64,000 nucleotides of DNA from Clostridium sp. CAG:288. GTDB lineage: Bacteria; Bacillota_I; Bacilli_A; RFN20; CAG-288. Positions 44,995 through 55,240 of this stretch are shown one piece after another. The position numbers and the translations under genes are program-made. Position 1 is the first letter of the stretch, and each line of letters opens with the position of its first letter. The notes under the pieces were generated by a model that was not told the origin of the DNA, did not search any database, and was given only the letters and a program-made list of their open reading frames with translations. The stretch covers positions 54,029 to 118,028 of the forward strand of contig FR898192.1 in assembly GCA_000437395.1 (NCBI GenBank), given 5' to 3'.

Positions 44995-46866
44995 TTATTT
45001 TGTGTTGTATTTTTTTATGTGAAGAATTAAGTTGTTTATATCAGCAGGGTGAACATTTGTAATTCTTGATGCTTCACCGACAGTTTTTGGTTTGATTAGA
45101 TTAAGTTTTTCTCTTGCTTCGAGAGATATTCCATCGAGATGTAAGAAATCTAAATCGCTTGGAATTAATAATTCTTCTAATGACTTGATTTTTTGAGCTT
45201 CTTTAATTTCTAAATTGATATATCCTTCGTATTTGATATCTGTTTCTAATTTGAATGTTTGTCTATCAGATAAGTGTGGCAAAGAAGGCTCTGTATCTCT
45301 TAAACCATTATAGTCAATTCTTTGTCTTCTTAATAAAGAATCGAATGAAACGTTTGGATCTACATCTAGATAATCTTTACTTTTGACATACTCAACTACT
45401 TTTTCGTTCTTTCCTACGTGGATTTCTTTTAAAAGTTGTTTTGTGTCTTCTATTTCTTTGTGCTCTTTCAAATATGTATCAAATCTCTCTTGAGAATTTA
45501 ATCCAAGTTTATAACCATATTCCATTAATCTATCATCAGCGTTATCTGATCTAGTTAATAGTCTATACTCAGATCTAGAGGATAGTAATCTATAAGGCTC
45601 TGTCGTACCTTTTGTAACTAAGTCATCTATCATAATACCGATATATGCTTCATCTCTTCTTAGAATAAATGGCTTTTCGCCTTTAATATATAAAGAAGCG
45701 TTGATTGCAGCCATAAGTCCTAATGCTGCAGCTTCTTCATATCCTGATGTACCAATTATCTGACCGGCACCATATAATCCTTTATATTTTCTTAATTGAA
45801 GTGTCTCATCAAATTGTAAAGGCTTAATTGCATCGTATTCAATAGCGTAAGCATATTTTATAACTTCTGCATGTTCTAAACCAACAAGAGAATGAATCAT
45901 TTCATCTTGAACGTTTATAGGCATCGATGTAGAAAAGCCTTGAACATAAATGGATTCAAAGTAATTAGATTCTGGTTCTAAGAATAATTGATGTCTTGAT
46001 CTCTCAGAAAATCTCACTACTTTATCTTCTATAGATGGACAATATCTTGGGCCAACACCTTTAACAACTCCACCATACATAGCAGATTCATTTAAATGAG
46101 CTCTAATAATCTCATGTGTTTTTTCGTTAGTATAAGTTAAGTAACAAGGTACTTGATCTTTTAAAGGCTTGAATTCTTTAGTGTCAAAGGAAAAAGCTAG
46201 TTGTCCATCCATACCATATTGAGGCTCTAGTTTTGAGTAATCTATTGATGAATGAACAATTCTTGGAGGGGTACCAGTTTTAAGTCTAAATAGTTCAATT
46301 CCATGCTCTCTTAATGAATCAGATAGACCATGTGCAGCATTTTCTCCGTCTGGTCCACCGCTTGTAACGTTGTGTCCACGCATTATTGTGCTATCAAGAT
46401 GAGTTCCAGTTGTTAATATAACAGCCTTAGATTTTACTATTTCGCCTGTTTTTAATTTTACGCCGACAATTCTATCGTCTTCAGTAATAATTTCTGTAAC
46501 TTCCTTTTCAACAATTTCTAAATTAGGAGTATTTTGTAATAAATTTTGAACATATGCTGGATATGTTTTTTTATCTTCTTGGGCACGTAGCGATCTAACT
46601 CCAGGTCCTTTTGACATGTTTAAAATTTTAATTTGCAAGTAATTAGCATCAGCTGCTTTGCCCATTATTCCGCCAAGAGCATCAATTTCTCTGACGACTA
46701 TGCCTTTAGCACTGCCACCAATATGTGGGTTGCATGGCATGTTAGCAATCATTTTAATATTTAGACATAGTAATAAAGTGTCCATTCCTAAAGTAGCTGC
46801 AGCATGTGCAGCTTCACTTCCAGCGTGTCCACCACCTACAACGATTATATCGTATGATTCTTTCAT
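44995..46866 (-). CDS. mnmG: tRNA uridine-5-carboxymethylaminomethyl modification enzyme MnmG (GidA)
   Basis: FAD motif VVGGGHAGSEAA, GPRYCPSIEDK, 623 aa. Confidence 0.93.
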   Translation of the reverse strand: MKESYDIIVVGGGHAGSEAAHAAATLGMDTLLLCLNIKMIANMPCNPHIGGSAKGIVVREIDALGGIMGKAADANYLQIKILNMSKGPGVRSLRAQEDKKTYPAYVQNLLQNTPNLEIVEKEVTEIITEDDRIVGVKLKTGEIVKSKAVILTTGTHLDSTIMRGHNVTSGGPDGENAAHGLSDSLREHGIELFRLKTGTPPRIVHSSIDYSKLEPQYGMDGQLAFSFDTKEFKPLKDQVPCYLTYTNEKTHEIIRAHLNESAMYGGVVKGVGPRYCPSIEDKVVRFSERSRHQLFLEPESNYFESIYVQGFSTSMPINVQDEMIHSLVGLEHAEVIKYAYAIEYDAIKPLQFDETLQLRKYKGLYGAGQIIGTSGYEEAAALGLMAAINASLYIKGEKPFILRRDEAYIGIMIDDLVTKGTTEPYRLLSSRSEYRLLTRSDNADDRLMEYGYKLGLNSQERFDTYLKEHKEIEDTKQLLKEIHVGKNEKVVEYVKSKDYLDVDPNVSFDSLLRRQRIDYNGLRDTEPSLPHLSDRQTFKLETDIKYEGYINLEIKEAQKIKSLEELLIPSDLDFLHLDGISLEAREKLNLIKPKTVGEASRITNVHPADINNLILHIKKYNTK

Positions 46867-48266
46867 TATCCTATACTACCTTCCATGTCAAATTTAATAA
46901 GTTGATTTAGTTCAACAGCATATTCCATAGGTAATTCTTTAGAGAACGGTTCAATGAATCCCATAACAATCATTTGTGTAGCATCTTTCTTTGAAAGGCC
47001 TCGACTCATTAAATAGAACAACTCATCATCGTTTATCTTACTAACTGTTGCTTCGTGTTCAATAAACGAAGAACTATTACTGACGATATTTGTTGGAATT
47101 GTATCTGATTTGGATTTATCATCAAGTATTAAGGTGTCACATTCGATATGGCTGTGCGAACCGCTAGCTGAAGGAGTAATTTCAGCTAAGCCACGGTAAT
47201 TAGCAACGCCACCTTCTTTAACAATCGATTTTGAAATAATTGTTGAAGTTGTTTCTTTGCCAATATGTATCATTTTAGCGCCAGCATCTTGATATTGGCC
47301 TTTGCTTGCAACAGCGATAGAAATACATGAACCTTTAGCTCTATCTCCTTTTAAAACACAAGCAGGATATTTCATATTAGTTTGAGAGCCTATGTTTCCA
47401 TCAACCCATTCCATCAACCCATCTTCATCAACTATTGCTCTTTTTGTAACTAAGTTAACAATGTTATCTGACCAGTTTTGGATGGTTGAGTATCTGCATT
47501 TAGCTCTTTTTCCAACAAATATTTCCACAACTGCAGCGTGAAGTGAGTCTTTTGAATAAAGTGGTGCGGTACATCCTTCGACATAATGCAAACTTGCATC
47601 ATCATCGACTATGATAAGTGTTCTTTCGAATTGTCCACTTCTTTCGTTGTTGATTCTAAAATAGGATTGAAGGGGCTTATCTAAAGTAACACCTTTTGGA
47701 ACGTATATAAAAGAACCACCAGACCAACAAGCTCCGTTTAAAGCTGCGTATTTATTATCAGTATATGGAACTAATTTTCCAAAGTACTTCATAAATAAAT
47801 CTGGATATTTTTTTAATGCAGTGTCTGTATCTAAGAAAATAACACCTTTATCAACGACTTCTTGAAGCATATTGTGATATACAGCTTCTGATTCGTATTG
47901 TGTGGAAACACCAGCTAAATATTTTTGCTCTGCGTCTGGAATACCTAATTTGTCAAAGGTGTTTTTGACAGTTTCTGGAACTTCTTCCCAATTGCTTTTA
48001 ACGCCATTTGATGTTCTTGTAAAGTAAGTGTAGTCTTGGAATTGCAAAAAATCTAAAGATGGGCCAAAACTTGGTTGATGGTGGGTTTCAAATTCTTTTA
48101 AACTTTTGAGTCTATATTCAGTCATAAAAGATGGCTCATTTTTTAATGTAGATATTTCTTTGACAATATCTTCATTAATTCCTTTAGGTGTTTTGACAAT
48201 TGAGACATCTTTATCTTTAAAACCGTATTTGTATTCTCCACCGATATTTGGTTTTTCATTACTCAT
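46866..48266 (-). CDS. sufB: Fe-S cluster assembly protein SufB
   Basis: Typical SufB core ([17 protein letters not shown]; [15 protein letters not shown]). The start is ATG 48266 (MSNEKP), overlapping the sufU stop. The sufB stop overlaps the mnmG ATG (TAATG). Confidence 0.9.
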   Translation of the reverse strand: MSNEKPNIGGEYKYGFKDKDVSIVKTPKGINEDIVKEISTLKNEPSFMTEYRLKSLKEFETHHQPSFGPSLDFLQFQDYTYFTRTSNGVKSNWEEVPETVKNTFDKLGIPDAEQKYLAGVSTQYESEAVYHNMLQEVVDKGVIFLDTDTALKKYPDLFMKYFGKLVPYTDNKYAALNGACWSGGSFIYVPKGVTLDKPLQSYFRINNERSGQFERTLIIVDDDASLHYVEGCTAPLYSKDSLHAAVVEIFVGKRAKCRYSTIQNWSDNIVNLVTKRAIVDEDGLMEWVDGNIGSQTNMKYPACVLKGDRAKGSCISIAVASKGQYQDAGAKMIHIGKETTSTIISKSIVKEGGVANYRGLAEITPSASGSHSHIECDTLILDDKSKSDTIPTNIVSNSSSFIEHEATVSKINDDELFYLMSRGLSKKDATQMIVMGFIEPFSKELPMEYAVELNQLIKFDMEGSIG

Positions 48267-48705
48267 GGTGGTGTTCCTCCTCGTCAAAGATTTCTTCAAG
48301 TCCTCTCCAGCCTATTGTTGCACAATTAATTCTTGATGCTTGTTTAGAAGTGTTCATAAAAGCTATTGCTTCACCAAGAACTTCAGGATCATAAGGCTTT
48401 TCTAAAATCATATTTTGGTAGTTTTGCATAATATTTTCAGCTTCTTTAACGCTTTTACCAGTAACTAGTTCAGTCATTATAGAAGTTGATGCAGTAGAAA
48501 TTGCACAACCTACTCCATGGAATTTACAATCTTTGACAATATCATCTTCAATTAACACTTGAATATAAATGTCATCTATACAAGATGCGCTATCCATTCT
48601 TATTGTTTTATAGCGTGGGTCGTTAACTTCTTCTTTGTTTCTAGGGTTTTGATAGTGATCCATGATTATTTCACGGAGCAACATTGGATCATTTAAAAAA
48701 GGCAT
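48259..48705 (-). CDS. sufU: SUF-system Fe-S scaffold/sulfur-transfer protein SufU
   Basis: HYQNPRN, Cys ligands ([22 protein letters not shown]), 148 aa. Confidence 0.88.
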   Translation of the reverse strand: MPFLNDPMLLREIIMDHYQNPRNKEEVNDPRYKTIRMDSASCIDDIYIQVLIEDDIVKDCKFHGVGCAISTASTSIMTELVTGKSVKEAENIMQNYQNMILEKPYDPEVLGEAIAFMNTSKQASRINCATIGWRGLEEIFDEEEHHHE

Positions 48706-49918
48706 CTAAGAAATCACCTCCATGTCTACAAGCTTCTAAGAAGGCATCTATATCTTCTTCTGTGTTATAAAAATATATCGATGCTCTAAGAGTTGCAGTT
48801 GTTTTTAAAAAGTTCATTAATATTTTTGCACAATGTTGACCAGAACGCACACATACTCCATAAGAGTTAAATAGTGACGCAGCATCTTGAGCAAAAACAC
48901 CATCAATATTAAAAGTGATAATTCCAGAATCAGCATCAGGATTATATACTTTTACGCCTGGAATTTTCTTTAAGCCATCAATAGCTCTTTTTCTTAATTT
49001 TGCTTCGTATTCTCTAATATTGTCTAATCCGATAGATTCGACATATTGAATAGCGCGTGCTAATCCGATAGCTCCAGCAATATTTTGTGTACCTGCTTCA
49101 AATTTTAAAGGCGGAATTTGAAGTGAAACATTTCCACATGTTTCAAATCTTGTGTTCATACCACCACCTGAAAGAAGAGGAGAAATTTTCTTTAAGAGTT
49201 CATACTTTCCGTACATTACTCCAATTCCAGTTGGCCCACAAATTTTATGTCCTGAAAAAGCTAAAAAATCACAATCGATATCTTTAACGTCTACTTTCAT
49301 ATGTGGAACACTTTGGGCTCCATCAACTATAAATAAGGCATTATGTTCATGAGCAATTTTTGCAAGCTCTTTAACATCAACTGTGTATCCTAAGACGTTT
49401 GTTACTTGGGCTAAAGATATTACTTTAGTTTTTGGAGTAATAGAATTTTTTAAGTTTTCTGCAGTCATCCGCCCATCTTCTGTGAGTGGAATATAACCAA
49501 TTGTACAATGCTTTATTTCAGCAATTTTAAACCAAGGTAAAACGTTTGAAGCGTGCTCAGCTTCACTTAATAAAATTTCATCGCCTTCATCGAGTAATTC
49601 TGCAAGTCCATAAGCAATCATATTCATAGACATAGAAGTGCCAGATGTAAAAGCTACTTCATTTGGCTCGGCATTAATAAATTTTGCTACGATGTTTCTT
49701 GCCTCTTCATATTTTACATCAACTTTATGGGCTAAGTCATAATCGCCACGATGAGAATTAGCAGTATAACTAGAATAATATTCTGATATAGCGTCAATTA
49801 CACATTGAGGCTTAAATGTCGTTGCAGCATTATCTAGATACACTAAAGGATGTCCTTGCATAGTAGGACAGTTATCGAACATTGGAAAATCCTTTCTAAT
49901 TTTATATGGATCGAGCAT
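48689..49918 (-). CDS. sufS: cysteine desulfurase SufS
   Basis: PLP-lysine FSGHKICGPTGIG and active-site RSGQHCA. 409 aa. Confidence 0.92.
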   Translation of the reverse strand: MLDPYKIRKDFPMFDNCPTMQGHPLVYLDNAATTFKPQCVIDAISEYYSSYTANSHRGDYDLAHKVDVKYEEARNIVAKFINAEPNEVAFTSGTSMSMNMIAYGLAELLDEGDEILLSEAEHASNVLPWFKIAEIKHCTIGYIPLTEDGRMTAENLKNSITPKTKVISLAQVTNVLGYTVDVKELAKIAHEHNALFIVDGAQSVPHMKVDVKDIDCDFLAFSGHKICGPTGIGVMYGKYELLKKISPLLSGGGMNTRFETCGNVSLQIPPLKFEAGTQNIAGAIGLARAIQYVESIGLDNIREYEAKLRKRAIDGLKKIPGVKVYNPDADSGIITFNIDGVFAQDAASLFNSYGVCVRSGQHCAKILMNFLKTTATLRASIYFYNTEEDIDAFLEACRHGGDFLDAFFK

Positions 49919-50633
49919 GATGATTCACCTTACTTTCGATATATTCACTTAATTTTTCTTGGCTTTCTTTAGAGTCAATTAAATTGATTACTGGTTTAAG
50001 ATATCCAAGAGTAATTATTGTTTCTGCTTCTTGTTTTGTTAATCCTCTAGACATAAGATAGAATAATTGATTCTCTTCAATTTGACCTAAAGCTGCACCA
50101 TGGCTAGCCATAATATCATTTTCGTCAATTAAAAGAGCAGGTGAACAAACGCTTCTAACTTTGTCTGATAAATCAGCAATTCTACTTTCTTGACGAGCGG
50201 TAGACTTGATAGCTCCTTTATATATTTTTGTCGAACCTAAAAATTCAAGTTTTGATTCATCTGTAGCAACGCCTAACATGCTTACTAAAGATTTTGATTT
50301 AACTCCTTTTTGATCAACGTTTAGAATGTATTTTTTATGTGATATAGAGTCACTTAATGCGCCTAATTTTAATGTTGCTTCAGAAAAATCATCTAAAGTA
50401 ACAGTTCCTTCAATAGTTGAATTTCTATTGCTTAAATCAACTATGACAATTTCAACTTTAGCATTTTTTTCTACTGAAATTGAAAAGTTGGTATTAAGTT
50501 CTTCTTTTTCGTTTAACCTAATTAATTCAAGTTTAAAATCTGTGCCTGATTTAATTACGATATTAGATAATTGATCAAAATTTGTTATAGATAAATGTTC
50601 GTTTTTTGTGATTTCAATTATGTTGCTTGTCAT
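49902..50633 (-). CDS. sufD: Fe-S cluster assembly protein SufD (short form)
   Basis: The C-terminal SufBD beta-helix ends in [14 protein letters not shown], parallel to the SufB C-terminus. Only 243 aa. Confidence 0.75.
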   Translation of the reverse strand: MTSNIIEITKNEHLSITNFDQLSNIVIKSGTDFKLELIRLNEKEELNTNFSISVEKNAKVEIVIVDLSNRNSTIEGTVTLDDFSEATLKLGALSDSISHKKYILNVDQKGVKSKSLVSMLGVATDESKLEFLGSTKIYKGAIKSTARQESRIADLSDKVRSVCSPALLIDENDIMASHGAALGQIEENQLFYLMSRGLTKQEAETIITLGYLKPVINLIDSKESQEKLSEYIESKVNHHARSI

Positions 50634-50634
50634 A

Positions 50635-51444
50635 TTAAATCACTTTCTTGACAGCACAGTTTTCTAATATTACTGGTCTATCAGATTCTTTTTGAATTTC
50701 AATTCCGTATTCTGTTTTAATCCATTCATAACCCTGTGTATCAACTTTTTGAACAAGTTCTGGGCCACCGTCAACAACGATTCTTCCATCAATCATTATT
50801 GCTGCACGTGTAGGTTTAACCATTTCAAATAAACGAGCATAGTGAGAGATGATTAAAAATGAAGCTCCAGCTTCTTTTTGCTTTACTATTGCTGAACTAA
50901 CTAATTTCAAAGCGTCAACATCAAGACCTGAGTCGATTTCATCTAATAAGCAAAATTCAGGTTTTAATAAAAGCATTTGAAGAATTTCGTTGCGTTTTTT
51001 TTCTCCACCACTAAAGCCTTCGTTTAGGTGTCTTTCTTTCATTGAGTCAGGAAGATTAACTTCTTTATAAGCGTTAGATAAATTTCTATAGTATTCTAAA
51101 AGAGATATTGGCTTTTCTCTATGAGAATTAATTGCTTGCTTGAAAAAATCAATGTTAATAACACCAGCAACCTCTGGTGGATTTTGGAAAGCCATGAAAA
51201 TACCAAGCTTTGATCTTTGGTCTACACTCATAGCTAATAAATCTTTTCCATCATAAGTTATACTGCCATTTGTTACTTTGTAATGAGGGTGTCCCATTAA
51301 AACATTTAACAAAGTTGATTTTCCGTGTCCGTTTGGACCAAGTAATGCGAGAGTATCGCCACCATTAATAGTTAAATTTACACCTTTTAGGATTTTATTG
51401 CCTTCTACTTCGGCTTCTAAGTCTTTTATAATTAGTTCTTTCAT
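50635..51444 (-). CDS. sufC: Fe-S cluster assembly ATPase SufC
   Basis: Walker A GPNGHGKST, signature FSGGEKKRNE and Walker B LLDEIDSGLD. Confidence 0.93.
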   Translation of the reverse strand: MKELIIKDLEAEVEGNKILKGVNLTINGGDTLALLGPNGHGKSTLLNVLMGHPHYKVTNGSITYDGKDLLAMSVDQRSKLGIFMAFQNPPEVAGVINIDFFKQAINSHREKPISLLEYYRNLSNAYKEVNLPDSMKERHLNEGFSGGEKKRNEILQMLLLKPEFCLLDEIDSGLDVDALKLVSSAIVKQKEAGASFLIISHYARLFEMVKPTRAAIMIDGRIVVDGGPELVQKVDTQGYEWIKTEYGIEIQKESDRPVILENCAVKKVI

Positions 51445-51468
51445 GAATCTAGGCTCCTACGGCTTAGT

Positions 51469-51497
51469 ATTGTAACGCCATAGTATTTTTAATTCAA
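51469..51497 (-). promoter_or_regulatory. sigma-A type promoter of the suf operon
   Basis: Minus strand TTGAAT (51492-51497), N17, TACAAT (51469-51474), about 25 nt upstream of the sufC ATG. Confidence 0.55.
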
Positions 51498-51513
51498 ATA
51501 AAACGATAAAAAA

Positions 51514-51539
51514 TAAAAAAGGCAAGAATTACTCTTGCC
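51514..51539 (-). terminator. intrinsic terminator after the tiny YjcZ-like genes
   Basis: GGCAAGA-N5-TCTTGCC. On the minus strand it is followed by U7. Confidence 0.75.
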
Positions 51540-51547
51540 TCCAAAAG

Positions 51548-51643
51548 CTAGCAGCCGCAACCGCAGCCGTTAAACCAACCGCCACAACCGACAATCACTA
51601 AGAGAATGAATAAAACGAGAATGACGCAGAAATAGTTGTTCAT
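51548..51643 (-). CDS. yjcZ: YjcZ-family tiny sporulation membrane protein (31 aa)
   Basis: MNNYFCVILVLFILLVIVGCGGWFNGCGCGC. GGAGGTG lies 7 nt upstream. This ORF is not in the supplied track. It shows the family pattern: a Gly/Cys-rich end and an LFILLxIVG core. Confidence 0.75.
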   Translation of the reverse strand: MNNYFCVILVLFILLVIVGCGGWFNGCGCGC

Positions 51644-51655
51644 CTTGTACACCTC

Positions 51656-51760
51656 CTAACAACATCCACAGCCGATGATAGCAATGAGGATGAATAGTAT
51701 TAAAATGAAGGAAAAGAAGTTGTTTGTGCCGCCACAACCGGCACCTCTAGATGGAATCAT
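51656..51760 (-). CDS. yjcZ: YjcZ-family tiny sporulation membrane protein (34 aa)
   Basis: MIPSRGAGCGGTNNFFSFILILFILIAIIGCGCC. GGAGGT lies 5 nt upstream of ATG 51760. The 66-aa track ORF (to 51856) is an upstream extension without an SD. Confidence 0.75.
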   Translation of the reverse strand: MIPSRGAGCGGTNNFFSFILILFILIAIIGCGCC

Positions 51761-51982
51761 GTTTACCTCCGGTTTCCATGTTATACTATGTATAAACTTT
51801 ATTTTTTGTTCTTTTGAAATGTAAAAATAGGCTTTTGTTCTATTGAAAAAAGTCAAATATTAATGTTTTGTTAATAATATTTATATTTATATATAAAAAA
51901 GAGCATAAATATGTACGATATTTCTTGAAACTGAAGCTAATTTATTCTATTATTAATTAGTTGAATATAAAGGAGGAAATAT

Positions 51983-53728
51983 ATGAAAAAACGCCTTTTG
52001 ACACTTTCACTCGTATCTCTTATGTCAGCCACATTCCTTGGTTCTTGTGCCTCTGACCCATATACCTGGAAAGAAGGTGTCTTAATTACTGTTAATGGTA
52101 AAGATATTAAAGTAGATGATATCTACGGAGAATACAACAATAACATTGATGGTGCTAAAGCATATTATGAAGCTATCAACAACATTTTAGTTTGGTTAGT
52201 CCAACCTACAACAGCTGCAATGGAATCTGAAGTTCAAGCAAAGATTGATGACTTTAATCAAACTGTTTCAGATAATGCTAAAACAAATGGAACTAGCGAA
52301 AAAGAAGAAAGAGAAGCTCTTTTAGCATCTAGTGGTTTCAAAACAATGGAGCAATTAAGAAATTCTTACGTGCTCGAACAAAAACAAAAAGCAAACGAAA
52401 ATGCTTTCTATGATGATGACACCTATTTAGGTGAAAAAGATGCAAATGGAGATAGAAAGTATGATGGATTAATTCACAAATTCATCGAAGAATATCATCC
52501 ATATCATGTCCGTCATATTTTAGTTAAAGTTGATGCATCCAGCGATCAAATTGTCGATGGAAAGATCAGCGAAGATGACGCTAAACAATTAGCTAATGTT
52601 TATAGCCGTTTAACATCAGGCGAAGAAACATTCGGTGAAGTTGCAAGAGCTGCAAGTGACGATACATCATCTGCTGCTAACTTTGGCGATACAGGTATTA
52701 TGAGTACATCAACATCATTTGTTAATGAATTCAAGTATAGCCTTTATGCTTATGATGCTTATTTCAATGAAAAGACATCTTCAGAAAGAGCAGCTGTAAA
52801 GAGTGCTTTAAATATTCCAGATGATGCTGATTCAGTCATTGGTGATGGTTTATTCGGCATTCCATCATATGTCTTTGAAGAATTAGAAACATATGCAGAT
52901 GTTACAAAGAATAAAGACAAGAATAGTGTCGATAACGCAAGTGAAGTCAACTATCCAAGAAATATTTTATTCAATAAGTATCTTAATAACCACGGTACAT
53001 CACTCATTTACTATTCTCCAAAAGATGGTAATATCGATGAAAGCAATATCCCACACGGATTTGTTAAGATGAGCAATGTCAAACTCAAGAGCTTTACAAA
53101 TTCAGGCTCTGATGGCTTAGGACAAACATCACTTTCAGAAGTTGAAACAAGTGATAAATACATTCTTTGTGACGAAAATCAAAATCCAATCTTAGTTACA
53201 AGAGCTGGAACAGGTTCTGGTGATAGTGGCTACCAAGGCATACACTTCATCATCGCTCAAAGAAGTCCATTTGTTGGTACAGATACACTTGATTATTACT
53301 ATAATCTTGATATCCCATCAACAACAGATAGAAATCCAGATTTAGAACCAACATACATTAATTTCATCAAGACTGATAACAGAAAAACATATACAGATCG
53401 TGCAACCGAAATTAAAGATGCATCAAAGAATGTTTTCTCAAATATCAACTTTGAAATTTACAGATCAAATTTAGCTAAGGCTGTTTCAGAATATAAAGTT
53501 ACAATCCCAGCTAATATTAATAACTTAATTGAAAAGTATATTAGTTCTGTTGAAGAAAGTTCAAAGACAACAGCTAAAGAAACATATGAAAACAACTGGA
53601 CATCATACATTGATATGTTAGGTGTACAAAGAGACTTAGTTGGTAGAATTTTACCAGAAGGTTGTATTGATGTTTTCTATAATGGCGATGGCTCAATCGA
53701 GAAAGGAACAACATGTTATGTCAAATAA
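51983..53728 (+). CDS. PrsA-like lipoprotein with parvulin-type PPIase signature
   Basis: Lipobox FLGSCAS. YHVRHILVKV...FGEVA resembles the start of a parvulin domain. 581 aa is much longer than typical PrsA. Confidence 0.6.
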   Translation: MKKRLLTLSLVSLMSATFLGSCASDPYTWKEGVLITVNGKDIKVDDIYGEYNNNIDGAKAYYEAINNILVWLVQPTTAAMESEVQAKIDDFNQTVSDNAKTNGTSEKEEREALLASSGFKTMEQLRNSYVLEQKQKANENAFYDDDTYLGEKDANGDRKYDGLIHKFIEEYHPYHVRHILVKVDASSDQIVDGKISEDDAKQLANVYSRLTSGEETFGEVARAASDDTSSAANFGDTGIMSTSTSFVNEFKYSLYAYDAYFNEKTSSERAAVKSALNIPDDADSVIGDGLFGIPSYVFEELETYADVTKNKDKNSVDNASEVNYPRNILFNKYLNNHGTSLIYYSPKDGNIDESNIPHGFVKMSNVKLKSFTNSGSDGLGQTSLSEVETSDKYILCDENQNPILVTRAGTGSGDSGYQGIHFIIAQRSPFVGTDTLDYYYNLDIPSTTDRNPDLEPTYINFIKTDNRKTYTDRATEIKDASKNVFSNINFEIYRSNLAKAVSEYKVTIPANINNLIEKYISSVEESSKTTAKETYENNWTSYIDMLGVQRDLVGRILPEGCIDVFYNGDGSIEKGTTCYVK

Positions 53729-55148
53729 ATTTGTATTAAGCATTTTAAGTGTTGCTTCAATTACATTATTACTTACTTCTTGCAATAGCAGCAGTTCTAA
53801 AAAGAATTATCCTACTAATGCTAGTGACAAGATTGTTGATGTAAACGACAATCCATATAACTCATATGAAAAATTCTATGATGCAGTTAACAATGGTGAT
53901 ACAGTTGCTTCAAAAGTATTAGACAAGATTTTATTAGGTATTGCTGATGAAAAAATGAACGACACAACAACTGCTGATTGGATTGATCCTGATTGGCTTA
54001 AAGAACAAGAAGAACAATATTTAATTGATGCAGTCAGTTCAGGAACATACGATAAAGACTACAAGTTCAATGAAGAAAAATATGTTGCTTCATTAACTAA
54101 GAATCTTTATAACGTTACTTGCCCAGCTGAAGGTGCAAATAAAGATTATGTTATTACTTCTGATAGCACTTATGCCGATATCTTTAAATGCGATTACTCT
54201 GAATACATTGAAAAAGTTGTCAAACCAAGCATTTTAAAGAAGAGATTAATTTCCGATTATATTTATAACGAAAGTTATTCTTCAATTGGAAGCACAAATG
54301 CCCGTAAGGTTAAGTTAATTGCTATTTCTGATAGCACAGATAAGCCAGGTATGGCTGCAAAGTTAGTTAAATACTTTGTTAAAAATTATATCGATACTGA
54401 AACACCATTAGATGGTGAAGGCAATCTTGAAGTCTTAGGAAGACTTTGGAGAGGCATTGATATTAAAGAATCTGATGGAACAACATTAGATACTCTTCAC
54501 ACATTAGGCATTACAACATTAAATGATAAGATTGATGAAGATGTTACTAAGATTGATTTATCAGATAAAGACAAGACTGATTTAAACCTCGAAAGCAAAT
54601 ATACAGGAAGCTACACATATTCCTTAGCAAAAGGTATTGAATTAGCAAGAAATAGTTTAAGAAAAGAAGATTATATTACTGAAGGTTACTATCTTAAATC
54701 TAATGGTTTATCAAGTTTACCATCAGAATTAAAGTCACGTATTTTCACAAGTAACTATAACATTGATTCTTCTTCAACAAAGAAAGATGTCACAGTTACA
54801 ATGAAAAATGGAAAACGTTACTTAACTTCTCCACTTACTGAAAGCAATTCAACAGATGCAGATAGTGTTGTCTATTATGATAGCTCATCCAAGACATATT
54901 ATATTGTTGAAATTAACGATGTAATTACAAACTCTGCTCTTGAACGTAAATCAGATGATTCTGAAGAAGTTGCAGCAAGTAAAAAAGCTAGAGCTCTTGA
55001 AGTTGCTTACGAAATGACAACTACTTCTAACTACGAAAAGAACTCAACAGTTTATTATCTTAAGAATGCTAAACTTAGTTATCATGATGAAGATGTTTAT
55101 AACTACATCAAGACTAACTACCCAGATGTCTTCGAAGAAGATAAATAA
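53718..55148 (+). CDS. lipoprotein, function unknown
   Basis: The start is ATG 53718 (MSNKFVLSILSVASITLLLTSCNS, with a lipobox), downstream of GAGAAAGGAA. It overlaps the preceding stop. The track ORF start at 53640 is upstream. Confidence 0.7.
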   Translation: MSNKFVLSILSVASITLLLTSCNSSSSKKNYPTNASDKIVDVNDNPYNSYEKFYDAVNNGDTVASKVLDKILLGIADEKMNDTTTADWIDPDWLKEQEEQYLIDAVSSGTYDKDYKFNEEKYVASLTKNLYNVTCPAEGANKDYVITSDSTYADIFKCDYSEYIEKVVKPSILKKRLISDYIYNESYSSIGSTNARKVKLIAISDSTDKPGMAAKLVKYFVKNYIDTETPLDGEGNLEVLGRLWRGIDIKESDGTTLDTLHTLGITTLNDKIDEDVTKIDLSDKDKTDLNLESKYTGSYTYSLAKGIELARNSLRKEDYITEGYYLKSNGLSSLPSELKSRIFTSNYNIDSSSTKKDVTVTMKNGKRYLTSPLTESNSTDADSVVYYDSSSKTYYIVEINDVITNSALERKSDDSEEVAASKKARALEVAYEMTTTSNYEKNSTVYYLKNAKLSYHDEDVYNYIKTNYPDVFEEDK

Positions 55149-55165
55149 ATAACTATTAAAAATTA

Positions 55166-55200
55166 AGCTATAAGTTCAAAATGAGCTTATAGCTTTTTTT
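55166..55200 (+). terminator. intrinsic terminator after the lipoprotein pair
   Basis: AGCTATAAG-N10-CTTATAGCT followed by T7. Confidence 0.8.
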
Positions 55201-55240
55201 AAACAGTGAGTTATAATATTACTATATAAAGGAGCTTATT

